Below, one piece after another: positions 1 to 7,466 of a DNA stretch of 24,423 nucleotides. Position numbers and translations under genes: made by a program. The number at the start of each line of letters is the position of its first letter. Within the stretch, counting starts at the first letter, position 1. The DNA is taken from positions 4,078 to 28,500 of the forward strand of contig CAZBML010000001.1 in the NCBI GenBank assembly GCA_964493295.1, written 5' to 3'. The DNA comes from an uncultured Pseudomonadales bacterium (GTDB taxonomy: Bacteria > Patescibacteriota > Microgenomatia > UBA1400 > UBA12108). The notes under the pieces are model-generated. The model had not been told where the DNA came from. It saw nothing but the letters and a program-made list of their open reading frames with translations, and ran no database searches.

Positions 1-2
1 GT

Positions 3-620
3 ACATTTGAGGCAAGTGGTGAGGGGAAAGTGGTCGTGGTGCCAGACCAGGCAATGATCAATCTAGGAGTAGAGGAGGAGGGGACCAACCTCAAGCAAGT
101 GCAAGAAGCTGTAAACAAAAAGATGGCAGGGCTTGGCAAGAGTTTGCGCGATCTTGGGGTAGAGGAAAAGGATATCAAAACGACTGGGTACAACTACTAT
201 CCAGACTACCAGTACAAAAATCGCTACCGGGCTCATGCTAGCGTACAAGTCATAGTGCGAGAAATCGAGAATGTTTCCCCAGTCATGGACCTGATTGCTA
301 CCCTAGGCCTAGACAATGTGTCTGGCCCCACATTTGGGTTATCGGATGAACTGATGAACAAAACAGTGAAAGAAGCTAGGGCTCTCGCGATAGAAAAAGC
401 TAAAGCCAAGGCCGAGGAGCTAGCAGATCTAGCAGGGATGAAGCTGGGTAGAATAGTAAATGTGGTCGAGGGCGGCAATAGATCGCCCAACTACATGTTG
501 CGCGACGCTGTTATGCCAATGGCTGGTGGCGGGGTAGCTATGGAGAAGACTGCAACACCAGTAGAGGTTGGCAGTAGCGATGTGGTTGTCGATGTGACAC
601 TCAGCTACGAAACACGCTAA
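3..620 (+). CDS. SIMPL domain (DUF541/BP26-like) protein, 5' truncated by window edge
   Basis: Frame is open back to base 3 (TFEASGEGKVVVVPDQA). Motifs G.G.V...PD.A, GPTFGLSD and A..A...A..KA..LA...G.KLG..V.V.E, with a V.V.VTLSY end, are typical of SIMPL proteins. Confidence 0.9.
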   Translation, partial: TFEASGEGKVVVVPDQAMINLGVEEEGTNLKQVQEAVNKKMAGLGKSLRDLGVEEKDIKTTGYNYYPDYQYKNRYRAHASVQVIVREIENVSPVMDLIATLGLDNVSGPTFGLSDELMNKTVKEARALAIEKAKAKAEELADLAGMKLGRIVNVVEGGNRSPNYMLRDAVMPMAGGGVAMEKTATPVEVGSSDVVVDVTLSYETR

Positions 621-625
621 GAGAT

Positions 626-695
626 AAACTCTAAACCATAAATACTAAACCCTAAATACTAAACCCTAAATACTAAACCCTAAACTCTAAACCAT
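626..695. repeat. Tandem heptamer array, 10 units (AAACTCT/AAACCAT/AAATACT/AAACCCT)
   Basis: Read directly: aaactct aaaccat (aaatact aaaccct)x3 aaactct aaaccat. Confidence 0.95.
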
Positions 696-712
696 AAAAA
701 ACTTGAAAGAAA

Positions 713-1078
713 CTAAATAGCCTTTGTGAGAATCGAACCAAATATTTTTCTGAGTTCGATACTTTCCTGGATTAGTTGTTTCCTACTTACCTCTAGGTTT
801 GAGGGTACTCCTTGGAATAACTTCAACCAGAACTCAGACTCCTTGCTTTCTTTGCGAGATATTTTTATCCTCATAAAGAAATCTTTTTTACTCAGACTCT
901 CGTTGGCTTCGATGTAGTTGGCGCCGACTGATCCACTTGATCTCAGAAGTTGGTTTGCATCATTTTGGTTAAGAATATTCTTGGGAACTGATCGGATGAA
1001 AGTGCGAACGTTTTGAGCAAAAAGAAATGTTCTATCTTCTAAATCATATTGTTTTTTGATTGGATTTTCTGTGATCAT
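713..1078 (-). CDS. Four-helix-bundle protein (TIGR02436 / 23S rRNA intervening-sequence protein family)
   Basis: YDLEDRTF.FA, QLLRSSGSVGANYIEA, KDF..RIKISRKE.KESEFWL and ELRKIFGSI are characteristic family motifs. Confidence 0.92.
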   Translation of the reverse strand: MITENPIKKQYDLEDRTFLFAQNVRTFIRSVPKNILNQNDANQLLRSSGSVGANYIEANESLSKKDFFMRIKISRKESKESEFWLKLFQGVPSNLEVSRKQLIQESIELRKIFGSILTKAI

Positions 1079-1090
1079 TGGATATTATTT

Positions 1091-1118
1091 AAGATTTAGT
1101 AATTAGAAATTAGGATTT
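1091..1118. repeat. Heptamer array, 4 units, inverted relative to the 626-695 array
   Basis: aagattt agtaatt agaaatt aggattt; resembles the reverse complement of the left array units (agggttt/agtattt). Confidence 0.75.
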
Positions 1119-1838
1119 ATCGGTTGAGTCAGTTTCCTGATCAATTGTGTGTTGGAGTTCGTCTGCCGAACGGTAGAGATTTTTGAGATCCTCGTAGAGA
1201 GTTTGCATTCCGGTACGAACTGATTTAACTTTTTCTTGGGGAATGAGGAGGGAAAGTGAATCGAGTGCAGAGATGAGCGTATTTTTGAGATTGAGAGAGA
1301 GGAAGAGGAGGGTATCGGTTTCTTCGCTCCCTAAGTGTTTGGAGAGAATCTGGCGAGCCCTTTTTTCCTCGAGACCTGTTTCGTATTGATGACCGGTAAA
1401 AATGGCAAGTGGGGTGATCATCACGAGAGCCAAGAGCTCGGATAAATGGGCTAGATCGGTATGAATCGTGCCTGGGATGAAGAGGAAAAATAGGATGAGG
1501 ACACCAGTCAAGACGAGAGTAGCCTCGATTTCGTAAAGCATGGCCACGGCAAAAAGCAGGAAGTAGCAGAGGAAGAAGAAGGGGGAGGTGAGGGCACCTG
1601 TCTCGGTGACTAGGAGGAGAATCATGGCTGTCAGAATCGTGATATCGAGAGTGATGGCGCTACGATGGAACCATTTGGGTTTTTTGGTTCTGAGCCAGTG
1701 CGAGCCCAAGTAGAGCAGAACGAGTGTGGCGACGAGCTGGAGGGTATAGGGGTGGAGGGCAGGGACGGAGAGCCAAAAATATACTCCGGCAGTGGAGAGG
1801 AGGAGTAGGCTAGTATGGAGCAAGAATCGTGTGGGCAT
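1110..1838 (-). CDS. Hypothetical multi-pass membrane protein with cytoplasmic helical C-terminus
   Basis: 242-aa ORF with about 5 hydrophobic segments followed by a charged helical tail; TGcTATATT lies 7 nt before the ATG. Confidence 0.85.
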   Translation of the reverse strand: MPTRFLLHTSLLLLSTAGVYFWLSVPALHPYTLQLVATLVLLYLGSHWLRTKKPKWFHRSAITLDITILTAMILLLVTETGALTSPFFFLCYFLLFAVAMLYEIEATLVLTGVLILFFLFIPGTIHTDLAHLSELLALVMITPLAIFTGHQYETGLEEKRARQILSKHLGSEETDTLLFLSLNLKNTLISALDSLSLLIPQEKVKSVRTGMQTLYEDLKNLYRSADELQHTIDQETDSTDKS

Positions 1839-1867
1839 TGTGATAAATATAGCAGAAAATGTCGTAA

Positions 1868-2128
1868 CTATTCTATGCGGTTTTGACGAAGAGTACAGAG
1901 CTCAATTTGTCCGTTGCACTGTTTGCACGATTCTAATCCTTCAGCAACTCTTTTTGCAGCATAACTCATGGAATCTCTTACATAGTAAACTTTATGATAT
2001 CCTAATCCAAGGTGTGGAGTCAGCACTAACAATGTGTTTTCGTACCTTCCAACTACCGACTCATCTTCTCCTACAAAATGCTGTAGATTTGCCTGACAGT
2101 AGGCTGTTTCTAGATATTTAAATGACAT
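1868..2128 (-). CDS. Small hypothetical protein (86 aa, MSFKYLETAY..., C-terminal CKQC...C)
   Basis: Sub-ORF of the 1868..2440 track ORF; a perfect TATAAT lies 7 nt before the ATG at 2128. No recognisable family. Confidence 0.45.
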   Translation of the reverse strand: MSFKYLETAYCQANLQHFVGEDESVVGRYENTLLVLTPHLGLGYHKVYYVRDSMSYAAKRVAEGLESCKQCNGQIELCTLRQNRIE

Positions 2129-2136
2129 TTTTGATA

Positions 2137-2159
2137 TTATACACATGTGATGTGTATAA
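2137..2159. promoter_or_regulatory. Inverted repeat TTATACACAT-gtg-ATGTGTATAA between divergent promoters
   Basis: 10-bp perfect arms with a 3-nt spacer; overlaps the minus-strand TATAAT at 2136-2141. Confidence 0.55.
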
Positions 2160-2189
2160 ATATAGATTATGGGGTATAATACATAAAAT

Positions 2190-2663
2190 ATGAAGGAAAT
2201 GCGTTCATTAAGACCATTGCCATGGACTGCGTCATCAGAATTACATAAACTTGGAGAGTTATGCAAGGGAGGGGGAGTAGTTACTTTGGAAAACGATGGA
2301 GGGGATATCTTATCCGACCTGCTAAACAGGCAAGAGCAGCTTTTAGTACATACCGAATCAGGTGTAATGTTGGACATAACCGGGGCTCCGACGATAGTAA
2401 TGCTGGAAGTTGATAGGAGCAAGAGCGCGGGTCGAGACATGCCAGATAGACTGGCAACATTTGGTGCTTTTCAATGTGTCCTAGATTTGGTTGAACTATA
2501 TTTGCTCAAGCACAACTTGGATTTTATCCAATTTGCATTTCAAGCGCCACCAGGGTATCCCTGGCATGGTCTAGTTGAATTATTGGAGCTGAATACAAGC
2601 GTGCTTGTGTCTGATGGAAGAGAATATATACATATGCCTGGAAAAATTTTTTACTCAACCTAG
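2190..2663 (+). CDS. Hypothetical protein (157 aa)
   Basis: ORF with TATAAT (2175-2180) 9 nt before the ATG; no recognisable family. Confidence 0.65.
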   Translation: MKEMRSLRPLPWTASSELHKLGELCKGGGVVTLENDGGDILSDLLNRQEQLLVHTESGVMLDITGAPTIVMLEVDRSKSAGRDMPDRLATFGAFQCVLDLVELYLLKHNLDFIQFAFQAPPGYPWHGLVELLELNTSVLVSDGREYIHMPGKIFYST

Positions 2664-2681
2664 CCAGAGACTTGGCTTGCG

Positions 2682-2972
2682 TTACTTTTTTCTGGCACAA
2701 CCAATTCCAGTTATCTCCTGTTCTTCGACGTTGATGAGAGGCTCATCCTCAAATGTGTAACATGATCCTTCATAGTTGGTTATTAACCATTCTGCTCTAC
2801 CTATCGCCACTTCACGGGGGATATTTTCAAATCGAGCAAAGATAAATCCGTATTTGTTATGAACAAAAATAACTCCTTCTGTAGGTGGTGGCTGAGTAGA
2901 TTCGGGACTACTGCAGGCCGCACACAGCATCAATGCGAGTAAACTAGCTATTTGTATATTTAGTTTAAACAT
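2682..2972 (-). CDS. Putative lipoprotein (96 aa)
   Basis: Start reassigned to MFKLNIQ (2972), which has TGgTACAAT 7 nt upstream. A hydrophobic stretch ends in the lipobox-like LCAAC, followed by an S/P/T linker. Confidence 0.6.
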   Translation of the reverse strand: MFKLNIQIASLLALMLCAACSSPESTQPPPTEGVIFVHNKYGFIFARFENIPREVAIGRAEWLITNYEGSCYTFEDEPLINVEEQEITGIGCARKK

Positions 2973-3207
2973 GTGGGGGATTGTACCATACTTGCATATT
3001 ATGGGACTAGTTGATAAAATATACGTAGGAGATGTGTACATGACTGAAAACAAACGTCAAATGACGATACATGCGAGTCAAGTAGGACTAGCAAACAGTG
3101 TTGGTCTAATATTTTTGTAATTTATTCTTCAGCGTTCAAGGATGGGTGGCGCGATGATGAGCAAGAATAGTAGGTGAGTTGCTTGGTTGTTGTAGAATAG
3201 CTTTTGT

Positions 3208-5712
3208 ATGAAAAAAGCCAAAACTTACGTCCTAGGCATGTTCCCGTACCCCTCAGGTGAGGGTCTGCATGTTGGGCACGTGCGGATATTTACTGCGTGT
3301 GATGTGATGGCCCGCTACTTTAGGATGAAGGGGCAAGATGTCCTCTCCCCGATGGGGTGGGATGCGTTTGGACTGCCGGCGGAGAACGCGGCCATTAAGA
3401 ACAAAACCATCCCCCAGAAGATCGTGCCGCGTAACTACGGTAACTTTAAAAAACAAATGCAGAACTTGTCACTCTCTTTTGATTGGGAGCGCGAATTTGC
3501 GACTACTGATCCAGATTACTATGCCTTCACCCAGTGGATCTTTCTCCAACTTTATAATAAGAAAGATGATGATGGGAGACGGCTAGTATACCGAGAACAG
3601 GTGCCGATCAACTGGTGTCCCAAGTGTTTGACTGGACTGGCGAACGAAGAGGTTTTGGCGGACGGGACGCATGAGCGATGTGGGACGGTGGTAGGCAAAA
3701 AACTTTTGCCACAGTGGGTGATGAGGATCACCGCCTATGCCGAGCGACTGCTAAATGATCTGGACATGGATTTGACGGAGTATTTCGGACAATCAGAAAA
3801 CTCAGAGATCCAGAGAATCAGAGGGTCAGAGAGTCGGAAAGGGTTAGATTGGCCAACTGGTATTTTGGAGATGCAGAGGAACTGGATAGGGAAGAAGGAG
3901 GGAATGCGCCTTTTCCACAAAGTCGAGGGAATGGATTTGCAGTTAGACGCATTTTCTGCTTATCCTATCTGGTGTTTTGCCGATACATTTATGGTTATTG
4001 CACCAGAGCACCCATTGGTTAGTAGGTTGGTTGAGGGCACAGAATACGAAAAGACAGTAAAAGAATTTGTGGAGGAATCGAGTAAGATCACGGCGGAACA
4101 GCGAACAGAAGACAAATTTGAGAAAAAAGGAGTATTTACCGGGAGATATACAAATGATCCCTTTAACCCGGGCAAAAAATTACCTGTTTGGGTAGCTAAC
4201 TTTGCCATGATGGGCTTTGGTACTGGTATTATCCGTTGTTCATCTCATGATCCACGTGACTACGAATTTGCTCTTAAGTACAAAATAACCCTGAAAGAAG
4301 TGGTCGAGAGAACCGATCCGAAAGAACCAGTAAATGCCCATACCAATGAGGGAATACTAAAGGATTCTGGCGTGTTTAGCGGCAAGAGAATAAGTAAAGA
4401 AAGTATAGAAGCAGTAAAAGACTGGATCGAGAACGAGGGTATCGGGAAGAGAGAAACAACCTATCATTTGCGGGACTGGGTGTTTAGTAGACAAAGATAC
4501 TGGGGAGAACCGATACCACTCGTGTATTGTGAGAAGTGTGGAGACGAGAATGGAGTGGTCCCACTGTCAGAAGATCAACTTCCTTTAACCCTGCCCGAGC
4601 TTGAGAGTTATGAGCCGACCGAAACAGGCGAATCACCTTTGGCGAGAGTCAAAGATTGGGTGAGCACTAAATGCCCTCACTGTGGTGGTCGTGCAACACG
4701 AGAGACCGATACCATGCCCAACTGGGCGGGATCTTGCTGGTACTTTTTGGCGTTTGCCTTTTGGCATGGCTCAAATCCTAGATCTCAAATCCTAGACCCT
4801 AAACAAGTTCAAAATTCGAAAGCAAAAACAAATCGACCATACACCGATTGGTGGATGAAGATTGCTTTGCCGGAGATCAAAAAATGGTTGCCGGTCGAGT
4901 GGTACCTGGGCGGGGCAGAGCACGCAGTATTGCACCTTTTATATGCACGTTTCTGGGTGAAAGTGCTCCAGGATTTGGGACTCCTTGATTTCCCTGAGCC
5001 GTTTTTGCGTCTTAGGTCGGTGGGTCTTGTTTTGGCAGAAGATGGCAAGAAAATGAGTAAATCGCTTGGCAATGTGGTCAACCCAGATGATATGGTGGCC
5101 AAATATGGGAGTGATGCTACGCGGATGTATGAGATGTTTATGGGACCATGGGAACAATCAATTGCTTGGGACAGCGGAGCAATCAGTGGGCAAGTACGTT
5201 TCTTGGGGAGAATCAAGGATACGATCAATCAAAAGGGAAAACTGGGGGAGCAGACGACGGGATCTTTAGCGGCCAAACTCAAAGCTCTGGTTAACCGAGT
5301 CGAGGAGGGAGTGTTGAACCAAAAATTTAACACGAGTATCGCGGGGCTGATGGAGTTTGTAAATGCTTGGCGGGAACCTGGGATGGTATTGTCCAGGGAA
5401 CATTTAAACATTTTTGCGGCACTGCTTTCGCTGTTTGCTCCAGAGACAGCCAAGGAAATAGTACAAGGTACGGAACCTTGTAATTGGCCAGATGTGACAG
5501 GGATAGATGAGGGCAAAGAGACGATGGTCACGATCGCCGTGCAAGTCAGTGGGAAACTGAGGGGGACGATCGAAGTGAGTAAGCTGGAATCAGAAAACAA
5601 GGAGAAAGTAGTAGCTCTGGCGATGGAGGATGAGCGAGTGAAGAAGTGGGTAGTGGGAGAAGTCAAAAAGACTATATTTATACCTGGGAAATTGGTGAAT
5701 TTGGTGGTTTGA
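3208..5712 (+). CDS. leuS: Leucine--tRNA ligase (class I)
   Basis: MFPYPSG.GLHVGH (HIGH motif), MGWDAFGLPAENAAI, MQRNWIG, LRDW.FSRQRYWGEPIP, RETDTM, YLGGAEHAVLHLLYARFW, KMSKSLGN, and a C-terminal VQVSGKLRG ... PGKLVNLVV. Confidence 0.99.
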   Translation: MKKAKTYVLGMFPYPSGEGLHVGHVRIFTACDVMARYFRMKGQDVLSPMGWDAFGLPAENAAIKNKTIPQKIVPRNYGNFKKQMQNLSLSFDWEREFATTDPDYYAFTQWIFLQLYNKKDDDGRRLVYREQVPINWCPKCLTGLANEEVLADGTHERCGTVVGKKLLPQWVMRITAYAERLLNDLDMDLTEYFGQSENSEIQRIRGSESRKGLDWPTGILEMQRNWIGKKEGMRLFHKVEGMDLQLDAFSAYPIWCFADTFMVIAPEHPLVSRLVEGTEYEKTVKEFVEESSKITAEQRTEDKFEKKGVFTGRYTNDPFNPGKKLPVWVANFAMMGFGTGIIRCSSHDPRDYEFALKYKITLKEVVERTDPKEPVNAHTNEGILKDSGVFSGKRISKESIEAVKDWIENEGIGKRETTYHLRDWVFSRQRYWGEPIPLVYCEKCGDENGVVPLSEDQLPLTLPELESYEPTETGESPLARVKDWVSTKCPHCGGRATRETDTMPNWAGSCWYFLAFAFWHGSNPRSQILDPKQVQNSKAKTNRPYTDWWMKIALPEIKKWLPVEWYLGGAEHAVLHLLYARFWVKVLQDLGLLDFPEPFLRLRSVGLVLAEDGKKMSKSLGNVVNPDDMVAKYGSDATRMYEMFMGPWEQSIAWDSGAISGQVRFLGRIKDTINQKGKLGEQTTGSLAAKLKALVNRVEEGVLNQKFNTSIAGLMEFVNAWREPGMVLSREHLNIFAALLSLFAPETAKEIVQGTEPCNWPDVTGIDEGKETMVTIAVQVSGKLRGTIEVSKLESENKEKVVALAMEDERVKKWVVGEVKKTIFIPGKLVNLVV
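3793..3841 (+). repeat. Degenerate octamer tract inside leuS
   Basis: tcagaaaa c tcagagat ccagagaa tcagaggg tcagagag tcggaaag, encoding SENSEIQRIRGSESRK. Confidence 0.75.
4774..4821 (+). repeat. Heptamer-based 48-nt coding element in leuS (NPRSQILDPKQVQNSK)
   Basis: ctcaaat cctagat ctcaaat cctagac cctaaac...; 37/48 nt match the copy at 6098-6145 (counted by hand). Confidence 0.8.
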
Positions 5713-5743
5713 TATTGAGCTTAGAGTTTGCTAGGCTTAGGGG

Positions 5744-6325
5744 GTGGAGAAAATTGTAGATTTTTTGAGAGAGTTGGGGGGGATCGTGATTGTGGGGCTC
5801 ATTGGGGGCGGAATTTTGATTTACGGATTAGGGGGAGTGATGGGGGGAGAGCAGGCGACAGTAGAGATTGTCAAAAATCAGCCACAAACTAGCGAGATCG
5901 TGGTTGATGTTGCTGGAGCAGTGGAGAAACCTGGAGTGTATACACTGCCAAGTGGATCAAGGATCGGTGATGCGCTAGTTTTAGCTGGTGGTTTGTCTCT
6001 CAAAGCGGATAGAGAGTGGGTGGCAAAAACGGTTAATCTTGTAGCCCAACTAGAAGATGGTGCCAAAATATACATCCCAAGTACAAACAGTAACGGAAAT
6101 CCTAAATCCGAAGTCCTAAAACCTAGACAAATTCTCAATTCAAAATTGATAAACATTAACACCGCGAGTGTGGGGGAGCTCGATACACTAGCCGGGATTG
6201 GGGAGGTAAGGGCGCAGGCGATTGTGGCCGGGAGGCCGTACAGCGCGACAGAGGAAATAGTGAGTAAAGCCAAGATACCACAGTCGGTATATGAAGAAAT
6301 TAAAGATTTTCTTAGTCTTTATTAG
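5744..6325 (+). CDS. comEA: ComEA competence DNA-binding protein (TM, SLBB and helix-hairpin-helix)
   Basis: IVVDVAGAVEKPGVYTLPSGSRIGDAL..AGGL (SLBB), DG.KIYIP, and ININTAS..ELDTL.GIG..RAQAIV..RPY (HhH). Confidence 0.95.
   Translation: MEKIVDFLRELGGIVIVGLIGGGILIYGLGGVMGGEQATVEIVKNQPQTSEIVVDVAGAVEKPGVYTLPSGSRIGDALVLAGGLSLKADREWVAKTVNLVAQLEDGAKIYIPSTNSNGNPKSEVLKPRQILNSKLININTASVGELDTLAGIGEVRAQAIVAGRPYSATEEIVSKAKIPQSVYEEIKDFLSLY
6098..6145 (+). repeat. Heptamer-based 48-nt coding element in the ComEA linker (NPKSEVLKPRQILNSK)
   Basis: cctaaat ccgaagt cctaaaa cctagac aaatt ctcaatt caaaa; same frame and peptide pattern as the leuS copy. Confidence 0.8.
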
Positions 6326-7457
6326 TTTGTTGCTTTGGCGGTCGATGACGAGCGAGAGTCCACTGCCTGATGGTTGGAGCGCAGAATCAAAGATCAGGTT
6401 GAGTTTTTTAGTCGTAGCGACCCCGGAGTATCAAGATTCCCGTACGATTGTCACAGATGGGATCTGGGAGGTCAGGATCAAGGGTTATGTGCCGATTATA
6501 CCTGGTCAGCGCGTAAAGTTTAGCGGCCCAGTAAAGCCCAAAATGGTACTGAATAGGGTCACAAAAATTGTAATGGTGGATCCGAGCTGGGAAGTGATTG
6601 GCTCTCCTGATCCTCAAACACTCGGGTTAAAAGCTCGGTTTTTGATTGAAGTAGATGAAATGAGAGGGCGGTGGGTCTCGATATTGGCTAGGACATTGCC
6701 ATCGCCGATGGCAGAGCTGGCGATAGGGATTTTGCTCGGAATCAAAGGTCAGATGCCTACCCAGTTTTACCAACAATTAATCAGCACCGGGACGATCCAT
6801 GTAGTGGCGGCCAGCGGATTCAATGTGATGGTGGTGGCAGCGGTTCTGATGAGCTTGGCTCAGCGGATATGGCGCCGGTCGGTTTCGATCATGGCTGGAG
6901 TCGCAGGAGTATTTGTCTATGTGATGTTGGCAGGAGCGAGTGCTTCGGTTGTGCGAGCTGGGATTATGGGGAGCCTAACTTTGATGGCATATAATTTTGG
7001 TCGACCAGCAGAGGCGAAAAGGATTTTGTGGGTCACGGTCTACGCGATGCTGTTGTTTAACCCCTTATATATAGTAGACGTAGGGTTTCAGTTGTCCGTC
7101 TTTGCGACGGCGGGACTATTATATATAGGGCCATGGATGCGAAAGTTACAAAGTTTTGTACCTTGTAATGATTTGGGTAAACAAGGTAGGGAACTTCAAG
7201 CTCAGGCGTATGCATTTTTAGTAGAGTACCTATACCCAACTCTAGCGGCAACGGTTGCGACCATGCCGATCATTCTTTGGCATTTTGGGAGATTATCTTT
7301 GATTTCACCCTTGGTAAATATGTTGATTTTGCCAACCGTCCCGCTGATTATGTTGCTCTCTGCTTTGACTCTCTTAGGAGGACAAGTGGTGGCGTGGATT
7401 ACGTACGTTCCGCTCTGGTGGGTGGTGGGGGTGATAAGATGGTTTGGAAATATATGA
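6291..7457 (+). CDS. comEC: ComEC/Rec2 competence membrane protein (competence domain)
   Basis: GT.HVVAASGFNV, G.SASVVRAGIM, NPLYI.DVGFQLS..AT.GL, PTLAA...T.PI.L.HFG.LSLISP.VN.LI; overlaps the end of comEA. Confidence 0.95.
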   Translation: MKKLKIFLVFISLLLWRSMTSESPLPDGWSAESKIRLSFLVVATPEYQDSRTIVTDGIWEVRIKGYVPIIPGQRVKFSGPVKPKMVLNRVTKIVMVDPSWEVIGSPDPQTLGLKARFLIEVDEMRGRWVSILARTLPSPMAELAIGILLGIKGQMPTQFYQQLISTGTIHVVAASGFNVMVVAAVLMSLAQRIWRRSVSIMAGVAGVFVYVMLAGASASVVRAGIMGSLTLMAYNFGRPAEAKRILWVTVYAMLLFNPLYIVDVGFQLSVFATAGLLYIGPWMRKLQSFVPCNDLGKQGRELQAQAYAFLVEYLYPTLAATVATMPIILWHFGRLSLISPLVNMLILPTVPLIMLLSALTLLGGQVVAWITYVPLWWVVGVIRWFGNI

Positions 7458-7466
7458 TGAATCGAT

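Noticed and set aside
626-695. Repeat arrays (also 13835-13905 and 12408-12605) as CRISPR
   Set aside because: They are tandem units without unique spacers, and no cas genes are present.
2129-2440. N-terminal extension of the 1868..2440 track ORF, and the overlapping ORF 1792..2121
   Set aside because: The extension overlaps the promoter-supported 2190..2663 ORF antisense and runs through an AT-rich promoter region; 1792..2121 overlaps two opposite-strand ORFs and has no motif.
3054-3207. T-box leader upstream of leuS
   Set aside because: No T-box consensus or terminator is visible, and a -10 box lies 9 nt before the ATG, leaving no room for a leader.
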